DNA of 64,000 nucleotides from an uncultured Pseudomonadota bacterium (GTDB lineage Bacteria; Pseudomonadota; Alphaproteobacteria; Rs-D84): NCBI GenBank assembly GCA_902781465.1, contig CACZJK010000001.1, positions 221,242 to 285,241 of the forward strand, read 5' to 3'. Shown piece by piece: positions 56,112 to 64,000 of this stretch (position 1 is its first letter; each line of letters starts with the position of its first letter). The notes under the pieces were generated by a model. It saw only the letters and a program-made list of their open reading frames with translations, ran no database searches and was not told where the DNA came from. The position numbers and the translations under genes were made by a program.

Positions 56112-57638
56112 TTACCCCAATTTTTGTTTTAATAAATCACTTACCATTGCTGGGTTTGCCTGGCCCTTGGTTGCCTTCATAACATTACCAACAAAGAAGC
56201 CGAGTAATCCAACCTTGCCAGATTTATATTGTTCAACCTGGGACGGGTTGTTTTTGATAACTTCATCAACAGCAGTTTCGATTGCACCGGTATCAGTGAT
56301 TTGTTTCATGCCATATTTTTCTGCGATTTCATGAATTGTGCCACGTTCGCCATCCAACATTTTGATAAATATTTCTTTGGCTTGTTTACCGTTGATTTCA
56401 TTCGCAGAAATCATATCAACCAATTCAGCCAAGTTTTCAGGAGTAATAATACGTGGGGCCTCTGGATCTGTGTTTTCTTTGATTTCATTAGTGATATCAA
56501 AGTTTTCAGGGTGTGCAAACAATTCAGATATCATCCAGTTGGCAATTGGTTTTGCACGTTCTTTTTTGCCATCAACCGCCGTATCATACCAATGTGAAAT
56601 ATCGACTGTTTCGGTTAAACGATTCGCATCATATTCTGATAAACCGTATTCATTGATGTATCTTGCGCGAGTCGCAGCTGGTAATTCAGGCATTGTTTTG
56701 CGAATGCGTTCGATATCGTCATCACTGATAACCAATTCCAATAAATCTGGATCTGGGAAATAACGATAATCAAGAGCGTCTTCTTTGCTGCGCAAAACAG
56801 ATGTTGTACCATCGCTTTGTGAATAACGCATAGTATCTTGTGAAACGGTGCCGCCATTTTCATAAATTTCTATTTGACGGCGTGCTTCGTATTCAATCGC
56901 AGATTTAATGAATTTGAACGATACCATATTTTTTGTTTCTGTACGGGTTCTGAATTCTTTGGAACCGACTGGACGGACGGATACATTAACATCTGCGCGC
57001 ATGGAACCTTCTTCCATGTTTGCTTTGGATACACCTAATGCACGGGCAATTTCACGAATTTCACGCAGGTATCTTTCGGCTTCGTCTGGGGAAGTAATGT
57101 ACGAATTATTATCAGGATTTTTTGTATCCAAAAATGTCACGATTTCAAGCAAAGTCACACCAGTTCTGTTATAGTCAGCCATAGATTTAGTAGGGTGCAT
57201 ATCGTGTTTTAATTTACCTGCGTCTTGTTCAAGGTGTGCTCGTTCAATGAAAATTTTCTTTGGGTTTCCATCGTCACCCATAATTTCAACCCAACCGCGA
57301 CCTACAACAGGCGCTTCTTCTGCTGGTTGAGAAATCTGATAACCTTGGGGCAGGTCAGGGTAAAAATATTGTTTACGTGCAAATTTAGAACGGTTAGAAA
57401 TCTTTGCGTTTATTCCTAAACCAAATTTAATTGCTTGTTCTACACAGTATTTATTTAATACTGGCAACATACCTGGCATTGCGACATCAACCATGCATGC
57501 CTGGGTATTTGGGGCAATTGTTGGATTATAATTCGCAGAAGCTCCACTGAATATTTTACTGTTAGATAAAACTTCGATATGAGTTTCCAAACCAATAACT
57601 AATTCCCAATCTGTTGTTTTGCCTTTTATTGTAAACAT
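56112..57638 (-). CDS. gatB: Asp/Glu-tRNA(Asn/Gln) amidotransferase subunit B
   Basis: 508 aa GatB/GatE catalytic domain plus a C-terminal YqeY-like domain. Confidence 0.9.
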   Translation of the reverse strand: MFTIKGKTTDWELVIGLETHIEVLSNSKIFSGASANYNPTIAPNTQACMVDVAMPGMLPVLNKYCVEQAIKFGLGINAKISNRSKFARKQYFYPDLPQGYQISQPAEEAPVVGRGWVEIMGDDGNPKKIFIERAHLEQDAGKLKHDMHPTKSMADYNRTGVTLLEIVTFLDTKNPDNNSYITSPDEAERYLREIREIARALGVSKANMEEGSMRADVNVSVRPVGSKEFRTRTETKNMVSFKFIKSAIEYEARRQIEIYENGGTVSQDTMRYSQSDGTTSVLRSKEDALDYRYFPDPDLLELVISDDDIERIRKTMPELPAATRARYINEYGLSEYDANRLTETVDISHWYDTAVDGKKERAKPIANWMISELFAHPENFDITNEIKENTDPEAPRIITPENLAELVDMISANEINGKQAKEIFIKMLDGERGTIHEIAEKYGMKQITDTGAIETAVDEVIKNNPSQVEQYKSGKVGLLGFFVGNVMKATKGQANPAMVSDLLKQKLG

Positions 57639-57692
57639 TTTTATTTTTCCTTGCTTTTTTGTTTTTTATACTATATTATGCTTCTCACGGAT

Positions 57693-57768
57693 GGCTAGAT
57701 AGCTCAGTTGGTAGAGCAAGGGACTGAAAATCCCTGTGTCAGTAGTTCGATTCTACTTCTAGCCACCA
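57693..57768 (+). tRNA. tRNA-Phe (anticodon GAA)
   Basis: Acceptor stem GGCTAGA/TCTAGCC. D-loop AGCTCAGTTGGTAGAGC. Anticodon loop CUGAAAA. T-arm GTTCGATTC. Encoded CCA. Confidence 0.9.
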
Positions 57769-57812
57769 TTTTTTTTATGCTATTTTTTCCAACCATTTTA
57801 ATTCTCGTATTC

Positions 57813-59282
57813 TTATTTACCCATTATTGTTGTTGGGCGATTGTCTATGTTTGCAGCGGTTTCGATATGTTTTGCCAATTGCAAAACCTGCATATCTGCA
57901 AATCTTGGGCCAACAACTTGCATCCCCAAAGGTAATCCGTTTGCGGCTAAACCACATGGAACACTGCATGATGGAACACCGGCCAAATTCATTGCTACTG
58001 TGAATAAATCCAATGCGTAATATTCAAGTGGGGTTAAATCTGAATCCAATGGCATCGCGGTGCCTGCGCTGGATGGGCACACAATCAAATCACATTGTTC
58101 AAATGCGTTTTTGAAACTGTCTGCAATCATGCGACGAACACGTGCAGCCTGCATATAATAAACTTCGTAAGATTCAGATGATAAAACCGCGGTTCCAATC
58201 AACATACGACGTTGCACTTCTTCGCCAAATCCGGCGGCGCGGGTCTTTTTATATGTATCGATTAAATCTTCGCCTTCGACACGCAGACCATATCTCATAC
58301 CGTCATAACGTGCCAAGTTCGAAGATGCTTCTGCTGGGGCAATAATGTAATAAGCCGCCAAAGCATCCAAAATGTTAGGAATCGATACTTCGACAATTTC
58401 TGCACCCAAGGATTTTAAATCTGCAATACGTTTTTCAAACAATGTTTTCATATCTTCCGAGATTTTAACATCATTGAATTCCTTGATAACGCCAACGCGT
58501 AATTTCTTACCATCGCCCAAAATAGGTTGTAGATTACCATCGCTTTCAAATTTTGCATTTGGTGCAGATGTTGAATCTTTATCATCATGTCCTGCCATCG
58601 CAGATAACATTAACGCGGCGTCTTCAACAGTTCTTGCAATTGGGCCAGGAGTATCAAGACTGGATGCAAACGCAACACAGCCCCAACGTGAACATAAACC
58701 GTATGTTGGTTTCATACCGACCAAACCTGTCATTGCAGATGGGAAACGAATAGAACCACCTGTGTCTGTTCCTGTTGCGGCAATTGCCAAACCGCCTGCA
58801 ACAGCAGATGTTGAACCACCTGATGAACCACCGGCAGTCAATCTTTTTTCCATTTGCCAAGGGTTTACAGGTGCGCCAAAGAAAGATGTTTTGGAAAAAG
58901 TACCCATCGCGAATTCATCCAAATTTGCCTTGCCCAAAAGGACTGTACCGGCATCAATAAATTTTTGTGATACGGTTGATTCGTATTCTGGTACAAAGTT
59001 TTCCAGCATCTTTGATGCCGCAGTTGTGCGAATGCCTTTTGTTGCAAATAAATCTTTCATTGCAATTGGCATACCATCCAACGGCAGGGCAGAACCATTT
59101 GCATAACGTTCGTCAGATTTTGAAGCGTCAGCCAAAGCACGTTCAGGTGTTGTTGTGATATAGCAATTTAAGTCCTTGCCAAATTTTTCAATACGGTCAA
59201 GATATGCACGTGTTAATTCAGTCGCGCTGATTTCGCGTGATTTTAATTTTTGTAAAGCTTCTTTAATTGTTAAATTTATCAT
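57813..59282 (-). CDS. gatA: Glutamyl-tRNA(Gln) amidotransferase subunit A
   Basis: Amidase signature GGSSGGSTSAVAGG and Ser-cisSer-Lys triad context. 489 aa. Confidence 0.9.
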   Translation of the reverse strand: MINLTIKEALQKLKSREISATELTRAYLDRIEKFGKDLNCYITTTPERALADASKSDERYANGSALPLDGMPIAMKDLFATKGIRTTAASKMLENFVPEYESTVSQKFIDAGTVLLGKANLDEFAMGTFSKTSFFGAPVNPWQMEKRLTAGGSSGGSTSAVAGGLAIAATGTDTGGSIRFPSAMTGLVGMKPTYGLCSRWGCVAFASSLDTPGPIARTVEDAALMLSAMAGHDDKDSTSAPNAKFESDGNLQPILGDGKKLRVGVIKEFNDVKISEDMKTLFEKRIADLKSLGAEIVEVSIPNILDALAAYYIIAPAEASSNLARYDGMRYGLRVEGEDLIDTYKKTRAAGFGEEVQRRMLIGTAVLSSESYEVYYMQAARVRRMIADSFKNAFEQCDLIVCPSSAGTAMPLDSDLTPLEYYALDLFTVAMNLAGVPSCSVPCGLAANGLPLGMQVVGPRFADMQVLQLAKHIETAANIDNRPTTIMGK

Positions 59283-59299
59283 TGCTGTCGTCCTGTGTT

Positions 59300-59578
59300 T
59301 TATCTTTCAAAGTGTGTGTAGTTTTTCAGAAATTTATTCATCACAATGTTTTGTAATAAAGTATATTGTGAAACACTAACTTTTTGTCTTACATCAACAG
59401 TATCGCCAATTTTATAAGAATATTTGTTTGTGTTTTTGTTTAATACGCCAATGTTTTTATTTGGTTGTTCTTCTGTATGATAGATTTCCAATTGATATGG
59501 CGCATTTTTATCGTCAGTTGGATATAATCTGTAATCCAATTTATTAATAGAAACTTGTTGAGATATTTTTTGTTCCAT
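59300..59578 (-). CDS. Hypothetical small protein (92 aa) between gatC and gatA
   Basis: ORF co-oriented with the gat genes. No motif. Coding status uncertain. Confidence 0.3.
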   Translation of the reverse strand: MEQKISQQVSINKLDYRLYPTDDKNAPYQLEIYHTEEQPNKNIGVLNKNTNKYSYKIGDTVDVRQKVSVSQYTLLQNIVMNKFLKNYTHFER

Positions 59579-59595
59579 TTTTTCTGTACCTTTGA

Positions 59596-59889
59596 TTATT
59601 CATCCATAACTTTTGGAACCGCAAAATATCCACGTGATACACCTGTGGTATCTGGGTCGTTGGCCAATATTTCATTACGCATATTTGGCTCGCTGACCAC
59701 GTCTTCACGTAAAGGCAAAGAGTGTTCAGCAGGGCTTATCATCGGTTGAACGCCAGTTGTGTCTATCTTTTGTAATTTATCCAACCATTCAACGACGCCG
59801 TCGATATTCATCTTTTCTAATTTTTCATCAGATATTTCGATTCTGATTAAATTTGCGAATTTATATAATTGTTGCTTGCTAAATGCCAT
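59596..59889 (-). CDS. gatC: Glutamyl-tRNA(Gln) amidotransferase subunit C
   Basis: 97 aa with GatC-like sequence (LIRIEISDEKLEKM...GYFAVPKV). Confidence 0.75.
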   Translation of the reverse strand: MAFSKQQLYKFANLIRIEISDEKLEKMNIDGVVEWLDKLQKIDTTGVQPMISPAEHSLPLREDVVSEPNMRNEILANDPDTTGVSRGYFAVPKVMDE

Positions 59890-59926
59890 TTTGAATCCTA
59901 TTATTTAAAACATAAAGGATTATACA

Positions 59927-60373
59927 ATGATTTTATCTGATTACAAGGATTTTCCGCAGGTTGGGCGCATTATTTCCCTGGATTGGGGATTACGCAGATG
60001 CGGTATTGCCGTATCAGACGAAAATCGTGATTTTACCTTTACACGACCACAACTTTATATCAAAACACAGGATGAATTGATTCATAATGTTTTGGATATT
60101 ATCAAAGAAGACAAAATATCCGGAATAGTGATAGGTTTGCCATTGTATTCAGATGGTTCTGAATCGGATACTACAAAAAAAGTTCGTGAATTTGCAGATT
60201 CTTTGTCGAAAAATACGAATTTGCCGATAATTTTTGTCGAAGAAAACCTGACCAGCAGTGCCGCCCAGGAAGAAATAGGGCGCAAAAGCATTTCAAAAAT
60301 CAAACAGGAACTTGATTCTGTATCAGCCAAGATAATACTTGAAAATGCAATCGCTATATTGAAACGAATTTAA
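59927..60373 (+). CDS. ruvX: Putative pre-16S rRNA nuclease / Holliday-junction resolvase-like YqgF (RuvX)
   Basis: RNase-H-like fold with the conserved N-terminal ISLDWGLRRCGIAVSD. Confidence 0.8.
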   Translation: MILSDYKDFPQVGRIISLDWGLRRCGIAVSDENRDFTFTRPQLYIKTQDELIHNVLDIIKEDKISGIVIGLPLYSDGSESDTTKKVREFADSLSKNTNLPIIFVEENLTSSAAQEEIGRKSISKIKQELDSVSAKIILENAIAILKRI

Positions 60374-61413
60374 TCGTTTTGTGTTTCGTCTGGGATTTTT
60401 CCGTCACTTGAAAGTAATGTTGCAATCCAACGCGTTGATGAAAATTGCGCGGTTGTGATGTATAAACCAACCAAAATTGGAACACTGAAAAACATTCCGG
60501 CTGGTCCCCAAATCATACCCCAAAAGACCAAGTTTATTAAAATGGCCAATGTTGAAATATTTAATGTTTTTCCGGTCAATTTTGGGTCCAAAATATTTCC
60601 GAAAATAATTTCAATTCCAATCAAAGAAGCCGCTGTGAATACTGGTAAATGCCATGTGTCACCACTTATCAATGCGTATAAAATTGGCAAAGCACACGCA
60701 AGAATAGAACCGATTGTTGGAATATAGTTCAAAATGAAAATTATAAATGCCCAAACAGATGCGTATTCCAAACCGATAAAGTGTAATAATATATATGCAC
60801 ATAAACCCGTGGCCGCAGAAATAAATGTTTTAGCAAAAAGGTATTTTTTCATATTTTCATCAATGCTGTTCAAAATAAAACGCAACTTTTTTGCTTTAAG
60901 TTTTGATAATGGCATCGCATCGATTTTTTTATTAAAAGAACTCTGTTCAACAAACATAAAGATAAGGTATATCAAAACCATACCTGTCGAAGTAGCAAGT
61001 CCGGCCAATGAAGAACCAACGTATCCGGCGATTTGTGACAGGTTTGGAATCAGGTTTGTATCAAAACCAATGCCGATTTTATTTGAAATATATTCTGAAA
61101 AAACTAATAATTTTTGCTGTAATATTGGGGTTGCGTTATACAATTCAACCAACATTGGTCGAATCTGTGTTGCAAACAAGACTATAACAATGCCAACACT
61201 GGCAAAAGATAAAACAATCGATAAAATATTGTAAAAAGTTCTAATGTTTATATTGCAAGATGCAGATTTATAACATGGCATAATACGTCTGTAATAGGAA
61301 GATATCGCATTCAATAAATACCACAAAAATGTTGCGAACAAAAGTGGAATAAATATTGAACGTCCAATCCATAATATAAATATTAATCCTATAAAAAAGA
61401 CTATATTATGCAT
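60370..61413 (-). CDS. AI-2E (PerM/UPF0118)-family transporter-like membrane protein
   Basis: 347 aa with about 8 TM helices and topology consistent with the AI-2E family. Assignment is by architecture only. Confidence 0.5.
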   Translation of the reverse strand: MHNIVFFIGLIFILWIGRSIFIPLLFATFLWYLLNAISSYYRRIMPCYKSASCNINIRTFYNILSIVLSFASVGIVIVLFATQIRPMLVELYNATPILQQKLLVFSEYISNKIGIGFDTNLIPNLSQIAGYVGSSLAGLATSTGMVLIYLIFMFVEQSSFNKKIDAMPLSKLKAKKLRFILNSIDENMKKYLFAKTFISAATGLCAYILLHFIGLEYASVWAFIIFILNYIPTIGSILACALPILYALISGDTWHLPVFTAASLIGIEIIFGNILDPKLTGKTLNISTLAILINLVFWGMIWGPAGMFFSVPILVGLYITTAQFSSTRWIATLLSSDGKIPDETQND

Positions 61414-61427
61414 ATTGTTTCCTTTAT

Positions 61428-62261
61428 TTATATTGATAACACCGCCATTGCGATAATTGTTGCGATGTTAATGCCAACACTTGTCAAGGCATAGCCATCA
61501 TTGATGTTTTTAACAAAATCTGATTTGTGTTTTACATACCACAATGTGTATATGATTAACAAAGCAACTGTTAATACAGATGTAGATAATCCTGCGATAA
61601 CTGATTTCGCAAATAACAAGAATAAAAATACAAACAAAGCATTTGAAAAGTTAGATACAACCCAATTATTAAAGCGATTATACCATTTTGATTTTATCAA
61701 AAGATTTGATTTTTTGCTTTTTTCTTCTATTAAATATCCTGGGGTCCACAACATTAAAAATGCGAAAGGCATTGATAAAATCGCTTTCCATGGGCTTACC
61801 CCCATTGTTGTCACGCGTTTATATTTTGCATAAATTCCAGATACAGCTACGCCCAAGATATACAATGAAAATAATACAATTGCTAAAAAGATAATTGTAA
61901 ATGCTGTTTGGTGTAATAAATACATCATCATCATTTTTTGTTGAAGTTTTACATCGTAAAAACTAATTACAAATATCGCGATAATAGAAGATGCTATCGA
62001 AATAATAGATGCACCATTTGTAATTGCGATAAAATCATTACGTGACATTTTATCATGTGGCAATTTCTTTATCATGTAATATACAGAATACAAAAGTGAA
62101 AATCCGAATATTATGTACACAGGTATAATTGTTTCAAAATGTAAAAATGTTTGAATCAAGGAATAGGCCAACCCTAATACGGTAACCAGTCCAAAAAACA
62201 TCAAAGAAAATACAGCCGGTTTATTAAAAAGCCATTGTTTTAATTGTGGTACGGTTTTCAT
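61428..62261 (-). CDS. Hypothetical multi-TM membrane protein (277 aa)
   Basis: ORF downstream of sufC on the same strand with about 7 predicted TM helices. Confidence 0.45.
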   Translation of the reverse strand: MKTVPQLKQWLFNKPAVFSLMFFGLVTVLGLAYSLIQTFLHFETIIPVYIIFGFSLLYSVYYMIKKLPHDKMSRNDFIAITNGASIISIASSIIAIFVISFYDVKLQQKMMMMYLLHQTAFTIIFLAIVLFSLYILGVAVSGIYAKYKRVTTMGVSPWKAILSMPFAFLMLWTPGYLIEEKSKKSNLLIKSKWYNRFNNWVVSNFSNALFVFLFLLFAKSVIAGLSTSVLTVALLIIYTLWYVKHKSDFVKNINDGYALTSVGINIATIIAMAVLSI

Positions 62262-62286
62262 GTTTGTATCCTTTTTGTTATCTGTT

Positions 62287-62964
62287 TTATTTTATCACAA
62301 TTTTACCATTATCCAAAGTGGTTGTTTCACTTATTTTTATCTTTGATGCAAAAGCATCTTGATGTGAAATAAATAAAAATGATGTTTTTGGCATATTATT
62401 GATAGTTGTGATGATTTGTTGTTGGACTTCTGCATCTGCCCCGGAATCTGGTTCGTCCAAAATTGCAAGTTTGGGTTGTGTCAGGACAAGGCGTAATAAC
62501 ATTACACGTTTTCTTTCGCCCCCAGAAAAACCAACGTTTACATATCGATTAAGCCAATCTTTTGGAATGTTTAATTGTTCACGTGCATTTTCTAGTTTTT
62601 CCAAAAATTCACCCATTGATAAATCTTTGCCTGTATTAAAATGAGTATGCGCAATCATAGAGTGTTTAAGAAAACTGAGTAATGTTAAACCTGGGATTTC
62701 TGGAACATTTTGTGCACCTAAAAATATACCCATCAATGCACGTGTAGTGGCATTTTCTTTTGTTATATTTTTTCCATTAAATATAATTTCCCCGCTGTTT
62801 ATCTGATAAGCGGAATCACCTGCAATAGTGTTGACCAGGGTGGATTTTCCAGAACCGTTATGTCCAGCAAGTCTGTGTCGTGCACCGTCTGCAATAACCA
62901 TATTGATATTTTTTAATAATGGTTTGTCGTTCATTGATACACAAAGATTTTTTATTTCTAACAT
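62287..62964 (-). CDS. sufC: Fe-S cluster assembly ATPase SufC
   Basis: ABC ATPase with Walker A (GHNGSGKST), signature (FSGGERKR), Walker B (LAILDEPDSG) and the SufC-type short C-terminus. Confidence 0.85.
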   Translation of the reverse strand: MLEIKNLCVSMNDKPLLKNINMVIADGARHRLAGHNGSGKSTLVNTIAGDSAYQINSGEIIFNGKNITKENATTRALMGIFLGAQNVPEIPGLTLLSFLKHSMIAHTHFNTGKDLSMGEFLEKLENAREQLNIPKDWLNRYVNVGFSGGERKRVMLLRLVLTQPKLAILDEPDSGADAEVQQQIITTINNMPKTSFLFISHQDAFASKIKISETTTLDNGKIVIK

Positions 62965-62968
62965 TTTC

Positions 62969-64000
62969 TTATTCTTTCTTTAAAGCCATTTGTATTAATT
63001 GTTTTGATTCTACCAAGAACTCCATAGGTAATCTTGATATTATTGGTGTTGCCATGGATCCAACGATTAAAGCAGTTGCTTCATCTTCTTCTATTCCACT
63101 TTGCATAAGGAAAAGCAGGGCGTTTTTATCAATTGCACCAGTTGTTGCCTCGTGCGATTGATCGTTCTTGGCGTTGCTGTGAACGACCGTCGGAATAGTA
63201 TTAGCAATTGCGTTGTTTCCAATTATACGACTGTCGCATTTACAAGAATTCTTGGCGCCTTTGCAATTAAAGGAAACAAGACTGCGAAATGTTTGTCGTG
63301 AATTATCCAATGCCACACCGTATGATATTATGTTTGATTTAGAATTGTCACCAATATGAATCATTTTTGTTCCAGTATCAGCCTGTTGAATGCCGCGTGT
63401 TATGGAAAGCGAATAAAAATCGCTGTGTGAATTGTTGCCCTGTAAAATTGTTGATGGATATTTCCAAGTCATCGCAGATCCAATTTCAACCTGGGTCCAG
63501 TCAAGGCCTGCATTTTCAAAACATTTTCCACGTTTTGTCACGAAATTTAAAATACCATTTTTATTATGCTTAGAATCGTTGTATACGGCGGAATCTCCGG
63601 CATACCAGTTCTGAATGGTTGAATATTTTACATAGGCATTGTCATGAACGATTATTTCAACAACACCACTGTGTAATTGATGATTTGGACGACGTGGTGC
63701 ACTGCATCCTTCCATATAGGAAAGGCTGCTGCCTTTTTCTGCGACAATCAAAGTGCGTTCGAATTGTCCGATTTTAGCGGTTTCTATTCTGAAATAACTG
63801 GCCAAATCAATTGGACATTTTACGTTTTCTGGAATGTAAACAAAAGTTCCATCAGAAAACACAGCGGCGTTTAATGCGGCAAAGAAATTGTCGTTATTAG
63901 GAACAACGCTGCCCAGATATTGTTTTACCAAATCAGGATATTGAATAACTGCTTCGGACAAAGGTAAAAATATTATCCCCAGTTTTTTTAATTCTTCGCT
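62969..64000 (-). CDS. sufB: Fe-S cluster assembly protein SufB (N-terminus beyond window end)
   Basis: The C-terminal 340 aa align with the SufB beta-helix region (FVYIPENVKCP...FERTLIVAEKGSSLSYMEGCSAP...TKMIHIGDNSKS). The gene continues past position 64000. Confidence 0.8.
   Translation of the reverse strand, partial: SEELKKLGIIFLPLSEAVIQYPDLVKQYLGSVVPNNDNFFAALNAAVFSDGTFVYIPENVKCPIDLASYFRIETAKIGQFERTLIVAEKGSSLSYMEGCSAPRRPNHQLHSGVVEIIVHDNAYVKYSTIQNWYAGDSAVYNDSKHNKNGILNFVTKRGKCFENAGLDWTQVEIGSAMTWKYPSTILQGNNSHSDFYSLSITRGIQQADTGTKMIHIGDNSKSNIISYGVALDNSRQTFRSLVSFNCKGAKNSCKCDSRIIGNNAIANTIPTVVHSNAKNDQSHEATTGAIDKNALLFLMQSGIEEDEATALIVGSMATPIISRLPMEFLVESKQLIQMALKKE

Noticed and set aside
58372-59106. 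244-aa ORF antisense to gatA
   Set aside because: gatA with its amidase signature is clearly the real gene. The antisense ORF is probably an artefact of a GC-richer stretch.
1-64000. CRISPR arrays, rRNA operons, IS elements
   Set aside because: No regularly spaced direct repeats, no rRNA-like conserved blocks, and no transposase-like ORFs or terminal inverted repeats were found on either strand.

Overview
This is an AT-rich (roughly 33-35% GC), gene-dense bacterial chromosomal window with a housekeeping gene set typical of a reduced-genome alphaproteobacterium, possibly a Rickettsiales/Holosporales-like intracellular lineage. That placement rests only on gene content and order. The housekeeping genes are yajC-secD-secF, ftsK, rarA, a ybeY-lnt fusion, trmB, gltX, der, rpoH, a bamB-like gene, an orphan virD4, rsmE, thrS, tatA/tatB/tatC, dksA, trxA, sufS-sufT-sufE, ftsL/ftsI, recJ, nrnA, lolA, tatD, tcdA, miaB, gatB/gatA/gatC interrupted by an antisense tRNA-Phe, ruvX, and sufC plus a partial sufB. 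There are two tRNAs (Lys-CUU and Phe-GAA) and no rRNA, CRISPR array, transposase or integrase. The most interesting signal is a conserved structured RNA leader of about 200 nt, present in three copies at 25.65 kb, 36.0 kb and 50.6 kb. Each copy sits immediately upstream of, and co-oriented with, genes for Sec-secreted proteins, many of them Cys-rich. Each carries several hairpins supported by compensatory substitutions, a terminator-like hairpin, and a mutually exclusive alternative pairing (CUCCAAC...UUGGAGG versus CCUCCAACC in the terminator stem). This looks like a candidate undescribed riboswitch or attenuator family controlling a paralogous secreted two-gene cassette (P1-P2). The cassette is present twice in inverted orientation, and one copy abuts a duplicated tRNA-Lys 3' end. 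Other notable points are a recurring TTTTGTGATATAAT extended -10 promoter motif, several copies of which are effectively leaderless (including the one at virD4), a ybeY-lnt gene fusion, and several uncharacterised operons.
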